Shown here in pieces: positions 38,842 to 51,573 of a stretch of 64,000 nucleotides of DNA. This stretch comes from Octopus sinensis (lineage: Eukaryota). The position numbers were made by a program, and so were the translations under genes. The stretch's first letter is position 1, and each line of letters opens with the position of its first letter. The notes under the pieces are model-generated. The model was not told the origin of the DNA, made no database searches, and was given only the letters and a program-made list of their open reading frames with translations. The stretch covers positions 11,036,001-11,100,000 of the forward strand of contig NC_043011.1 of the NCBI RefSeq assembly GCF_006345805.1. Reading direction: 5' to 3'.

Positions 38842-39314
38842 CCCTTTCATTACCAACCCACCTGAAACCACCTCTGGCTCTGTAGTACAAATGTCATGTT
38901 TTCATAAGTTTTGGATTAAAATCTACCACCAAACCTTAGTCGCAATTTACATTCCTAACACTAGCTGAATGATAACTAAGTTATTTTACTAAATTCTTTG
39001 TTATATTTAAAGTAACTGAAAGAAACACAGAGTATCTTAAAATAAATACAGTAACAAAAGGGTTAAAATATATAATAGAGAAACAATTCTTAGCCCTTTT
39101 GATACCAACCTAGCAGAAACCACTTCTGGCTCTGTAGTACAAATGTCTTGTTTTCATAAGTTTTGAATTAAAATCTACCACTAAACCTTAGTCACAATTT
39201 ACATTCCTAACACTAGCTGAATGATAACTAAGTTATTTTACTAAATTCTTTGTTATATTTAAAGTAACTGAAAGAAACACAGAGCATCTTAAAATAAATA
39301 CAGTAACGAAAGGG
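38842..39314. mobile_element. Tandem dimer of a ~220-bp piggyBac-type MITE
   Basis: TTAA|CCCTTT...AAAGGG|TTAA units at 38842-39062 and 39094-39314. Confidence 0.8.
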
Positions 39315-39368
39315 TTAATGTGTGTTTCTTCATTTTAGCATGGAACAAGCTAACTCTTACGTACTTAC

Positions 39369-39461
39369 CTTGTAGATAAGCTCAACAATAACAAGTTGAA
39401 GGATATCCCCAAAAGTGTTCACTTGGTCTATGCAACTGCTGAGGTAGTTCAAAGCAGCTTC
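39369..39461 (-). CDS. COPB1: COPB1 coding exon 5 (93 nt): [31 protein letters not shown]
   Basis: Not in the ORF track; found by reading the reverse complement. Acceptor TGACAG|, donor AAG|GTAAGT. Confidence 0.95.
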
Positions 39462-39747
39462 CTGTCAACAGAAAAAATACATTCACATTACAAAGTACTG
39501 TATTAAGTGAAAAGAAGGAAGGAATGAAGATAGCAGCAGCAGAGTCATAAGTTTTATATTCACATTTTCTATGCTGGTATGCGGTAGGTCTAAGACTTTT
39601 TGAAGTATTCTAAGGTCAGAGTCATTTCCTGTTGCCAACCGTTATTTTATTCCGCTGTTCTTCACATGTTGAACAGCTAATGAAGTTTTCACAGGTGAAA
39701 TAAACAAACATCACTGCAAAAGCAGTGCCAATATAAAGACATTGGAT

Positions 39748-39782
<35 letters not shown>

Positions 39783-39810
39783 CATACACATATATATATA
39801 TATATACATA

Positions 39811-40941
39811 CATGCATTTTAAATTCCTCCTTTAATTTCAGTGTCATCCCGTTATTATTCCATTCCCAGAATTCACTACAATATTCTCTCTCTCTCCTAT
39901 TTATATTATGTTTTACTCGAACCCCGAAGTTTCTAGATGTTCAGTAATTTCTGTCGCAGAAAATTCCCTACGTATTAACTTAAAACCTGTTGTTCCTTTG
40001 TCGTTATTCCTTTCCCCAAAGATACCCTAAATTCCCTACGAAATATTTTCTCTCTCTCTTATTTATATTACGTTCTTCTCGAACCCCGAAGTTCCTAGAT
40101 GTTCAGAAATTTCTGTTGCAGAAAATTCCCTACGTATTAACTTAAAACCTGTTGTTCCTTCGTCGTTATTTCTTTCCCCAAAGATACCCTAAATTCCCTA
40201 CGAAATATTTTCTCTCTCTCTTATTTATATTGCGTTCTTCTCGAACCCCGAAGTTCCTAGATGTTCAGTAATTTCTGTTGCAGAAAATTCCCTATGTATT
40301 AACTTAAAACCTGTTGTTCCTTCGTTGTTATTCCTTTCCCCAAAGATTCCCTAAATTCCCTACAAAATATTTTCTCTCTCTCTCTCTCTCTTATTTATAT
40401 TACATTCTTCTCGAACCCCGAAGTTTCTAGATGTTCAGTAATTTCTGTTGCAGAAAATTCCTTACGAATTAAACCTGTTGTTCCTTAGCTCTCTCTCTCT
40501 TTCCTCATGCTGCCACCTGATAATCCCCCCCCCCAATCCCTAACTCTTTATAAAGCAGTGTTCGATTTATCTCGTCCCTCTTCTCGATTCTACATCTTGC
40601 TGACAAAACACTGACTCGAAAAATGACCAGCTAAGCGAATTTAACTTACAACCTGTCATTCATATTCATTTTTTAAGCGTTGATTCGTAACTCTAAATCC
40701 CGTTTCTCTATTATTTATTTCGCCATCTTGTATGCATGGCTTCCTGTCTGTCATGCATTTTAAATTCCTCCTTTAATTTCAGTGTCATCCCGTTATTATT
40801 CCATTCCCAGAATTCACTACAATATTCTCTCTCTCTCCTATTTATATTATGTTTTACTCGAACCCCGAAGTTTCTAGATGTTCAGTAATTTCTGTCGCAG
40901 AAAATTCCCTACGTATTAACTTAAAACCTGTTGTTCCTTCG
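39811..40941. repeat. 162-bp tandem array (~3.8 units) plus a detached direct repeat of its first ~190 bp at 40752-40941
   Basis: AAATATTTTC recurs at 40041, 40203 and 40365; CATGCATTTTAAATTCC occurs at 39811 and 40752. Confidence 0.9.
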
Positions 40942-41129
40942 AGGTGACCCCGCCCTCCCACCCATCCACGAGAACCGGAAGTTTCTGTTTTCTATCTTTC
41001 TTGAGCCCCCCGCACCCCTATGTAGGGTTTATTGTGATCATATAGCGCAAAAACTGTGAAATTTATGCAGGTTGTAGTCTAGAGTCTCAGTATGATATCT
41101 GGCAAATGCAAGCTTTCTTTTCAGGTACA

Positions 41130-44100
41130 TAACACTGCTGTCCCTCATCCCAGGGTCTCAGAGGCCCACACCTCCCACACCCTCAGGGTGGGCACCCTCA
41201 ACGTTGGCACACTGAAAGGTAGGTCTGGCAAGATAGTCGAGATGCTTGAACGGAGACGTGTTGATGTATGTTGTATGCAAGAAATAAGGTGGAGAGGAGG
41301 ATCTGCTAGGGTCCTCACAGGCAAGGAACACAGGTACAAGATTTTCTGGGCAGGGAACACTGACGGGGTTGGTGGCGTGGGTATACTTATCGCTGAGAAA
41401 TGGATAGATAGAGTAATTGAGGTAATCAGAGTAAGTGACAGAATACTTAAGATTAGAATAGTGCTTCATAATAGATTAGCAACCATTATATCGGCCTATG
41501 CCCCTCAGCCAGGGCTACCGGATGGACAGAAAGACAGTTTCTATGACACCCTACTGCAGACCACCTCATTGACGAACGACAGGGACCTTCTCTTTGTGGC
41601 TGGTGATTTCAATGGGCATGTTGGACGACATGCTGGGGGCTTCAATGGCGTACATGGAGGCTACGGTTATGGTTCCTGCAACGAGGAGGGAACCAGGCTG
41701 CTGGAGTTCTGTGATGCAAATAGTCTTATGGTCTGCAACACTAACTTCAGGAAACCAACAAGCCACCTGGTCACCTACCGATCGGGCCGGCATACTAGCC
41801 AAATCGACTACATCCTTGCCAGAAAAAGGGAAAGATGGCTGCTTATAAATGCCAAAACCTTCCCAGGCGAAGAATGCATCCCACAACATAGACTGGTAGT
41901 TAGTGACTTTAGGATCAGGACTAAGAGGGCGACTAGAAGACGACCAACATGGAGAAGAAGGGTCTGGAAGCTTAAGACCCTGCGAATGGACAGAGATTTA
42001 GAGATATGTTACTTGAAGCCTTTGACGAAGTGGAAGGGGGTATAGCTACACATGGGGTAGAAGACAACTGGACGTTTCTGAGGGACAACCTGCTGAAAGC
42101 CGCTGACCAGATCTGTGGCTGGTGCAAAGTCCCCTTAAGACCAAAATAACGTGGTGGTGGAACAATATTGTTGACAGGGCTATTAGACAAAAGAAACAGG
42201 CTTGGAAGGCCTGGAAACGGTGGTAGCAGGGAAGGGTATCAGACTGCCAGAAGGGAAGCTAGGAGACAGGTCTATCTAGCCAGAGGGGAAGCAGATAAGA
42301 GAAAATTTGCCAATGTGCTGCGCCGTGAGGATGAAAGACTTGAGGTATTTCGTGTTGCAAGACAGTGTGTGAGAGAGAATCGTGATGTGGTAGGAGAGAA
42401 ATGTGTTCGCATGGAGGATGGTTCACTTGCGCTAAATGAGGATGCAAAGAGAGAAGCTTGGAGACGCCACTATGAAAGGTTGCTGAATGAGGAAAATGAA
42501 TGGGATAAAGAGAGTCTGCCGAATGTTGACCCTACAGAGGGACCAGCTATCCGAGTTGATAGTTCCGTGGTAGCTAAGGCAATTAGAAGCATGAAGACAG
42601 GAAAGCCCCAGGCCCATCAGGAATTACTGCAGAGATGCTCAAAATATCTGGCAGTGTCGGCTATAACCTAGTCACCCGTATAGTCAACCAGGTGATACAC
42701 GAAGGAGTCATACCCAATGACTGGTGCAGCAGCATACTAGTCAACTGCTACAAAGGTAAAGGTGATGCCCTAGATACAAATAATTACAGAGGTATCAAGC
42801 TCTGTTGGATCAAGTAATGAAGGTTACGGAGGGTCATAGCCCAACTAATTAGAGAGAGAGTTAGTTTAGATGAGATGCAGTTTGGGTTCGTGCCAGGGAA
42901 AAGTACCACTGATGCTATATTCCTGGTAAGGCAGCTGCAGGAGAAATACCTAGCCAAAGATAAGCCCCTGTACCTGGCTTTCGTTGACATGGAGAAAGCT
43001 TTTTATAGGGTCCCCCGATCCCTTATCTGGTGGTCAATGAGGAAACTAGGGATAGATGAATGGCTGGTGAGGACTGTGCAAGCCATGTACAGAGATGCCG
43101 TAAGTAAGGTTAGGGTTGGCAACATGTACACAGAAGAATTCAAAGTAGAGGTTGGGGTCCACCAGGGTTCAGTACTCACCCCCTCCTATTTATCATAGTA
43201 CTCCAGGCATTACGGAGGAATTCAAGACAGGCTGTCCCTGGGAGCTCCTCTACGCTGACGACCTTGCTCTTATTGCTGAGTCACTATCAGAACTGGAGGA
43301 GAAGTTCCAGTGTGGAAGGAGGGTTTAGAATCAAGGGGCCTTAGAGTCAACCTAGCTAAACCCAAGTACTAATAAGTAGGAAGGTAGACAATCCACAAAT
43401 ATCTTCAGGAAGATGGCCCTGCTCGATCTGTAGAAAAGGTGTAGGTAGAAACTCTATAAGATGTACCCAGTGTAAGCTATGGACACATAAGAGGTGCAGC
43501 AATGTCAAAGGTAGGCTAACTGGGAAGATAGTTTTTGTATGTGGCAGATGCTCGGGAGCATTAACCTCCGAAAATCTGCAGAAAACAACTTCCGTCACTT
43601 TCCAGGGGGAAAAACTAGAAGTAGTTGATAGCTTCTGTTTTCTAGGTGACCAAGTCAGTAGTGGGGGTGGGTGCGCTGAAAGTGTAACTGCTAGAATAAG
43701 AATAGCCTGGGCAAAGTTTAGGGAGCTCTTACCTCTGCTGGTGACTAAAGGCCTCTCGCTCAGAGTAAAAGGCAGACTGTATGATGCGTGTGTACGAACA
43801 GCCATGCTACATGGCAGCGAAACATGGGCCGTGACTGCTGAGGACATGCGTAAGCTCGTGAGGAATGAAGCCAGTATGCTCCGATGGATGTGTAATGTCA
43901 GTGTACATACTCGACAGAGCGTTAGCACCTTGAGAGAAATGTTGTACCTAAGAAGCATCAGTTGTGGTGTGCAAGAGAGACGATTGCGCTGGTATGGTCA
44001 TGTGGCGAGAATGGATGAAGATAGGTGTGTGAGAAAGTGCCAATCCCTAGCAGTTGAGGGAACCCGTGGAAGAGGTAGACCCAGGAAAACCTGGGACGAG

Positions 44101-45013
44101 GTGGTGAAGCACGACCTTCGAACTTTAGGCCTCACTGAGGAAATGACCAGCGACCGAGACCTTTGGAAATATTCTGTACGTGAGAAGACCAGGCAGGACA
44201 AGTGAGCCCAGCCCACTTATGAATGCCTTTCCTCCCTTGGACACAAAGACCTGTTGAGGCAAGCGAAGTCGATATAGAACCTCATCCGACGACAGACACC
44301 CATGCCAACCCCCCATGCTTGCGAAGACATGTTGGGGCAAGCGAAACCGAATTGAACCAGCCAGGATCCCTGCCCTGGTGGTACGTAAAAAGCACTATCC
44401 GACTCGTGGCCGTGGCACGTAAAATACTCCAATGCGACCGTACGACAGGCACCCATGCCAACCCCCTTTGCTTGTGAAGACATGTTGGGGCAGCGAAATC
44501 GAAATCGAATTGAACCAGCCAGGATCCCTGGTCTGGTGGTACGTAAAAAGCACTATCCGACTCGTGGCCGTGGCACGTAAAATACTCCAATGCGACCGTA
44601 CGACAGGCACCCATGCCAACCCCCTTTGCTTGTGAAGACATGTTGGGGCAAGCGAAATCGAAATCGAATTGAACCAGCCAGGATCCTGGTCTGGTGGTAC
44701 GTAAAAAGCACTATCCGACTCGTGGCCGATGCCAGCCACCGCCTCGACTGGCTTCCGTGCCGGTGGCACATAAAATACACCAATCTGACCGTGGCCGTTG
44801 CCAGCCTCGCCTGGCACCTGTGCAGGTGGCACGTAAAAAGCACCCACTACACTCACGGAGTGGTTGGCGTTAGGAAGGGCATCCAGCTGTAGAAACATTG
44901 CCAGATTAGACTGGAGCCTGGTGCAGCCTTCTGGCTTCCCAGAACCCCGGTCGAACCGTCCAACCCATGCTAGCATGGAGAACGGACGTTAAACGATGAT
45001 GATGATGATGATG
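41130..45013 (+). mobile_element. Near full-length RTE-clade LINE (APE + RT + PHD-like finger + long 3' UTR), frameshifted, antisense to COPB1
   Basis: APE motifs GTLNVGTL, QEIRW, SAYAPQ, GDFNGHVG, IDYIL and QHRLV. RT motifs NYRGI, QFGF.PGKSTTDAIF, FVDMEKAF, GVHQGS and YADDL. The 3' UTR has ~155-bp tandem duplications (44298-44730) and a (GAT)n tail. 5' boundary approximate. Confidence 0.95.
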
Positions 45014-45014
45014 A

Positions 45015-45527
45015 TACATATATATACATACATACATATATATATATACATATACATACATATATACACATACATATATATACACATACATATATATACA
45101 CACATATATACACATACATATATATACACACATATATATACATACATATACATATATATACACATACATATATATACATACATATACATATATATACACA
45201 TACATATATATACATACATATACATATATATACACATACATATATATACACATACATATACATATATATATATACATATACATATATATATATATACACA
45301 TACATATATATCTACACATACATATATATATACACATACATATATATATATATATATACACATACATATACACATACATATATATATATATACACATACA
45401 TATACACATACATATATATATATATACACATACATATATATATATATATACACATACATATACACATACATATATATATATATACACATACATATACACA
45501 TACATATATATATATATACACATACAT

Positions 45528-45564
<37 letters not shown>

Positions 45565-45770
45565 CATATACACATACATATATACATATATATATACACA
45601 TACATATACACATACATATATACATATATATATACACATACATATATATATACACACACATACATATATATATATATACACATACATATATACGTATATG
45701 TACACATACATATATATGAATATATACACATACATATATGCATATATATATATATATATATATATACATG
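45015..45770. repeat. (TA)/(CA) compound microsatellite abutting the RTE tail
   Basis: Direct inspection. Confidence 0.95.
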
Positions 45771-46163
45771 CTTTTCGAGAGATAAGTAATCTTATTTTAT
45801 TTAACCCTTTTGTTACTATATTTCTGACCAAAATACACCCCTCATGAGTTTCAATTAAATTCTAAAATAATCATGAATTTAGACTAGTTTCATTAAACAA
45901 CTGTAACTTTTTTACTTATCAACATATTAATGTGATATTTGGAACATAATTAAAGAAAGGGTTCTTAACCGTGCCGTGCCGTGCCGCGTCGTACCGTACC
46001 TACATACATACATACATACAAGTCAGCACGGAAATGTATGCTAAATGATGATGATATACACATGCACATACATAAAAAGAGAAAGAGAAAAAGAGGAATA
46101 GAGATTGATGTGAAAATTTGCTGAGAAAGGTTATTTATACAAGCTTCATAGAAAAATTCTTAC

Positions 46164-46278
46164 TTGGTCAGCATGGATAAGCATCATGAAAGCATTGCGT
46201 CGGCAAGACATGTCTTGTTCTTCATCTAAAAATTTTGCAATAAGCTCTGGAGCATCAGGTATTAGAAAGTCATGATTC
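46164..46278 (-). CDS. COPB1: COPB1 coding exon 4 (115 nt): (R)[38 protein letters not shown]
   Basis: Acceptor TTTCACAG|, donor CAA|GTAAGA; phase consistent. Confidence 0.96.
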
Positions 46279-46630
46279 CTGTGAAAGAACAGAGTAGAAG
46301 ATATAATTATGGATACAGACGAACCCTGACATATCGTTTTAACATCCATTTTCCTACACTTACATATGCTGGATGGTAGTTGTTGAGGCAGTTTTTTAAC
46401 AACTGGATGCCCTTTCTGCTCACCTGCAACCCTCACCTGTTTCCAAGTAACATAATCTTTCTCCCATGACTAGACATGTTAACATGGATGAATGGCAATG
46501 AAGGATATTGCATATATGACAATGCTGCTCATTTACAACTATCATATCATGTCTAGACAAGGAAACAAACATTTATACATGCATACATATATACAAAAAG
46601 GTTTTCTCAGTTTCCATCAATCAAATGCAC

Positions 46631-46780
46631 TACGAGGGGCGTTCAATAAGTAATGCCCCTGACCCACTTGCAGTTGTTTGATCTAGCTGAAATTTTGCAT
46701 GTGCAATTGTTTATATCTCTATAGATTAAGTGGCAAATTACAGCTTTGAACTAATTGTGGTTTCTGATTTACAGGCTTTG
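46631..46780 (+). mobile_element. Tc1/mariner-like terminal fragment
   Basis: TA|CGAGGGGCGTTCAATAAGTAATG resembles mariner TIR starts; no partner TIR seen. Confidence 0.45.
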
Positions 46781-47099
46781 GTTGGTTCAAGAGTATAGCA
46801 GAAAACACTTGTGAAAGGTACCACACAGTAGAGCTCAAACTTCTTACCCACAATGCCATGGCTATGTCAATCGAACTGTTTAGTAGCTGGTTCCTTCTAA
46901 AATTTCCTTCAGGGCAGCTGGAGCCAGAGGGAGAACAACATTTGACAGGTAGGTAGGAAAGGTAGCTGATATTTTTATATATAAAGCAGAAATTTCCTTG
47001 ATATTGCTAGTTTGGCCACAAGTGTGCTTGTTGAGAACATAAATCAGTTAAGAGTATGTTTTATAGTGAAATGTGTGACTTCTTCATCAACAGCTCACT

Positions 47100-47308
47100 T
47101 TCGCTTTTACTCGCTTTTACTTGTTTCAGTCATTTGACTGCGGCCATGCTGGAGCACCGCCTTCTAGTCGAGTAAATCGACCCCAGGACTTATTCTTTGT
47201 AAGCCTAGTACTTATTCTATCGGTCTCTTTTGCCGAACCACTAAGTAACGGGGACATAAACACACCAGCATCGGTTGTCAAGCAATGCTAGGGGGACAAA
47301 CACATGCA

Positions 47309-47349
<41 letters not shown>

Positions 47350-47520
47350 CATATATATATATATATATACATATATACGACAGGCTTCTTTTCAGTTTCC
47401 GTCTACCAAATCCACTCACAAGGCTTTGGTCGGCCCGAGGCTATAGTAGAAGACACTTGCCCAAGGTGCCACTCGGTGGGACTGAACCTGGAACCATGTG
47501 GTTGCACAGCCACACCTGCA
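47100..47520 (-). mobile_element. tRNA-SINE, family A
   Basis: Near full-length homology. Confidence 0.85.
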
Positions 47521-47633
47521 CCTACACTTTCTTCTCTCTAATCAACAACTTTTGCTTTAATGTTTGTGTGATAAAACATTATGATATAGATTGACCTGGT
47601 TTAGCATGTGTGTGAGTGTGTGTAATCTCTAAA

Positions 47634-47914
47634 TCTATATATATAAAACTGAAGTTGTGTGGTGTCTGTCTCCTACGATTTAGATTCCTAACTACTCCAA
47701 CCAAAAGCGGGTATCTTATAGTTGTGATTCATATCGAGCCCTTCTGGGTATTAGCGCGCGTCTACGATGAGTCTACGATTTAAAAAAAAATTTACCATAA
47801 TTTTTTTCCATTTTTAATGCATTTTTTGCTATTATATAAGGGAAGTAACTCCCTAAAAATGCTTATATAGTTATATCCCTTACAAACCCGAGCAACGCCG
47901 GGCGATACTGCTAG
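47634..47914 (+). mobile_element. Non-autonomous Helitron, about 280 bp
   Basis: A|TCTATATATATAAAA ... CCCGAGCAACGCCGGG ... CTAG|T. Confidence 0.8.
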
Positions 47915-48861
47915 TTTATTACTATATTTCTAATAGTATCAATAATAATTAAATATTACAAAATAATTTGATTCAGTCAGTGTAACTATGAGCGCACTGC
48001 AATAGATTCTCATAGAAGGTAGCAAACAAGCAGTATCATTAGCATGCTGGGCAAAATGCTTTCATCTATATTCTCATTCTGCGTTCAAATTCTGCTGAGT
48101 CGACTTTACCTTTCAACCTTCACAGACATATGTGTATATTTATAGGTGCAGGTGTGGCTGTGTGGTAAGAAGCTTGCTTCCCAACCCCATGGTTCTGGGT
48201 TCAGTCCCACTGCGTGGCACTTGGGAAAGTGTCTTCTACTATAGCCTTGGGCTGACCAAAAGCCTTGCAAGAGGAGTTGATAGACAGAAACTAAAAGAAG
48301 CCTGTTGTATATATTGGATTGTCTGGAAAGTTCCTGCTGATTTTTACTTGTTCATGTTCCAAAACATTAGAACATGTCAAATTTATCAACACATATAATA
48401 CGCTTACATTTCTGGTTAGCGTACACTTCAAACTATCGCTTGAGAAAGAAAGTTTAAAATTATTTAATTATTAAAAAGATTATTTCTATCATTACTCTCT
48501 ACTAATCGCATTAGTTATCTCCTGCTTTACCTTTCTATTATTGAGTTTATGGAGCAATATTCTAAATTATTAGATGTTGTATACAATAATTTCACTATAA
48601 GCCTGTTAAAGATTTTCTGATATTTGCTAGATTTAAGAAAATGCCATCCCTTGCAACCATGTAATCTGAAGATTGGAATATACCACAAAACAGGGCATAT
48701 TTTTATACTTTTTGTTTGGTCTGTAATGACTTGTATAATCTGTAGTAGAGCCTATTTTAGTTTTTTTTTATTGTGTTGCTTTCCCTCTTTTGGGGATTGA
48801 GATACTACCTTCATTTATTTTGTGGTTATAATTTCTTCTACCAAAGTATGGTTTAGTGCTA

Positions 48862-50442
48862 TCATCATAATCATCATTTAACGTCCGTTTTCCATGCTAG
48901 CATGGGTTGGACGGTTCAACTGGGGTCTGGGAAGCCAGGAGGCTGTACCAGACTCCAGTCTGATCTGGCAGTGTTTCTACAGCTGGATGCCCTTCCTAAC
49001 GCCAACCACTCCATGAGTGTAGTGGATGCTTTTTACGTGCCACCAGAACAGGGGCCAGAGGAGACTGGCAAACGGCCACGATCAGTTGGTGCTTTTTACG
49101 TGTCACCAACACGGACGCCAGTCAGGAAGCGCTGGCATCAGCCACATTCAGAAGGTGTTTTTACGTGCCACCGGCACAGGTATCTTAACTACAATTTCCA
49201 TTTGATTTTTATTTTGATGTTGGTGTTGATGTACTTGACTCAATAGGTCTCCTCAAGAACAGCGGGTCACTCTACAATCCAAGGTTAGCATAGCAGGCTG
49301 TCCTGCAAGCCATGAACTCACTTCATTTGTCGGGTCTTCGCAGTCACAGCATATCTCAGAAGTCTCGGTCTTTCGTCATTTCCTCTGTGAGGCCCACCAT
49401 GCCACCGACACGGGTATTGCAACTACAATATCCATACGATTTTTATTTTGATGTTGATGTACTTGACACAATAGGTCTCCACAAGCACAGCAGGTCACCC
49501 CACGAACCAAGGTTAGCACAGCAGGCCGTCTTGTGAGTCATGAACTCACTTCATTTGTTGGGTCTTCGAAGTTACAGCATATCTCCAGAGGTCTTGGTCT
49601 TTCGTCATAGCCTCTGTGAGGCCCAACATACAAAGGTCATGCTTGACCACCTCATCTCATATCTTCCAGGGTCTACCTCTACCCTGGATTCCTTCAACAG
49701 TTTGGGAGTAGCACTTCACACATCTCTCCTCATTCATCCATAGTACATGGCCATACCAATGCAAATGTCTCTCCTACACGCCGCATCCAATGCTTCTTAT
49801 GTCCAACATTTCTCTCAGGGTGCTTACACTCTGTCGTGCATGGACACTGACATTATACATCCAGTGGATCATGGTAGTTTCATTTCTTTCAAGCCTACGC
49901 ATGTCCTCCGCAGTCACAGCCCATGTTTCCCTGCCGTGAAGCATGGCAGTTCGCACACATGTGTTGTACAATCTACCTTTCACTCTGAGCGAGAGACCCT
50001 TTGTCACCAGTAAGGGAAGAAGCTTTCTAAACTTTGCTCAGGCTATTCTTATTCTCTGAACATCCACCCCCACTAACTTGATCACCTAGGTAGCAGAAAC
50101 TATCAACTACATCTAGTTCCTCCCCCAGGAGTGTGATGGAATCTGTTTTCTGAGTATCAGTGGCGTCTATTGCCCCTGTGCATCCGCCGCACACAAAAGT
50201 TATCTTCTCGGTTAATTTTCCTTTGATGTTGCTGCACCTCTTATGTGTCCATAGCTTATACTGGGTACATCTTATGGAGTTTCTACCTAAACCTTTTCTA
50301 CAGAGTGAGCAGGGCCACCTACCTAAGTGGGTGTGTGGTGAGTTTGTCTTCCTGCTTACTAGAACTTTGGTCTTTGCTACATTGACTCTAAGGCCTTTTG
50401 ATTCTAAACCTAGCTTCCACACGAAATTTCTTCTCTAGTTCC
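48862..50442 (-). mobile_element. 5'-truncated RTE LINE, diverged subfamily
   Basis: ORFs 50027-50422 (PHD-like finger) and 49774-50007; duplicated segment near 49190-49620; (GAT)n tail. Confidence 0.88.
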
Positions 50443-50821
50443 AAAAATTATCATTAGGTATATATTTGATTTTCTCAGTATAATGTGCCCTAGCAAATGC
50501 TACATTGTAATAATGTGCATCTGAGTTAAATATCATTTCGTTTGCCAAAAGATTTTGTTTCATTGTTCACAATTCATTTTATGACAAAGGGTCAGTGATT
50601 AGACTTTTTATTTACGTATCTTAAGCTTGCATATATAAAGTTCTGTTACCCAACTATACTGTTTAAAAACCTGAAAGGCAACATCTAATCTATCCTCTCC
50701 AAAGAAAATATTTGATAAAGCAGTCCCTACCATAACAATGCCCTAGCTAACAGAAGTTTCAAAGATATATAACACTTCAGTTAAAAATATAAGGCCTAAA
50801 AATATACCTAGGAAAATAATG

Positions 50822-51170
50822 ATTCATCATCATCATCATCATCGTTTAGCATCCGCTTTCCATGCTAGCATGGGTTGGACAGTTCAACTGGGGTCTGGGA
50901 AGCCAGAAGGCTGTACCAGGCCCAGTCTGATCAGGCAATGTTTCTACGGCTGGATGGCCTTCCTAACACCAACCACTCTAAGAGTGTAGTGGGTGCTTTT
51001 TACATGCCACCGACACAGGTACCAGACGTGGCTGGCAAACAGCCACAATCGGATGGTGCTTTTTACGTGCCACCGGCACGGAGGTCAGGTGAGGCTGGCA
51101 ACAGCCTAACCTCACCTGGCCTCCGTGCTGGTGGAGGCCAGGCGAGGTTAGCCTCACTAAAATTTTTATT
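50822..51170 (-). mobile_element. RTE 3' UTR fragment with an inverted duplication at its 5' junction
   Basis: (CAT)n start; ~51110-51160 fold-back derived from 51068-51092. Confidence 0.75.
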
Positions 51171-51403
51171 GTTAAAGATAGAAAGAGAAAAAGAAAAAAG
51201 GAGAGGAAACAGATAATGTAAGACAAAAGACAAAGGCAACAGAGGAGTGAATGGAGAGTCAAAGAATGAGAAAGAAGATGTGAAAGATGCAGAATGAAAA
51301 AGAAAACAAAGAAAGGTAGATGAGAAGTAAAAGAGAAGTCACAGCAAAAAAAAAAAAAACACGAAAAAAATTGGAGAGAAAGAGGAAATTAATGCATACT
51401 GAC

Positions 51404-51573
51404 CGGTAGATAGTATAAATGGCGAGCACAGCATTGCGTCGTACATAGGAGTGTCGGTGCTCAAGACACTGACGGATAGCAGGCATCAAAGGCTCCAATA
51501 GCTCAGGCTCTTTCAGTTTACAAAGGAAGCGAAGGGTGGAGCCCCGAATAAATTCATTAGGATGCTGAAGGTC
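51404..51573 (-). CDS. COPB1: COPB1 coding exon 3 (170 nt): [56 protein letters not shown](R)
   Basis: Acceptor TTTGTAG|, donor CG|GTCAGT; adaptin-N hallmark [11 protein letters not shown]. Confidence 0.97.

Noticed and set aside
39920-40440. GAAnnTTCnnGA heat-shock-element-like words in the 162-bp units (and TTCnnGAA in the 271-bp array)
   Set aside because: Incomplete or imperfect triads, expected by chance once amplified in tandem; no independent support.
40943-40952. GGTGACCCCG after a direct repeat, resembling the tRNA-Trp PBS
   Set aside because: Only 10 nt match, the leading T of TGG is missing, and the repeat lacks TG...CA ends.
43356-43958. Antisense ORFs over RTE copies (also 27395-27676, 27749-28042, 49747-50013)
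   Set aside because: Shadow frames of the RTE coding strand.
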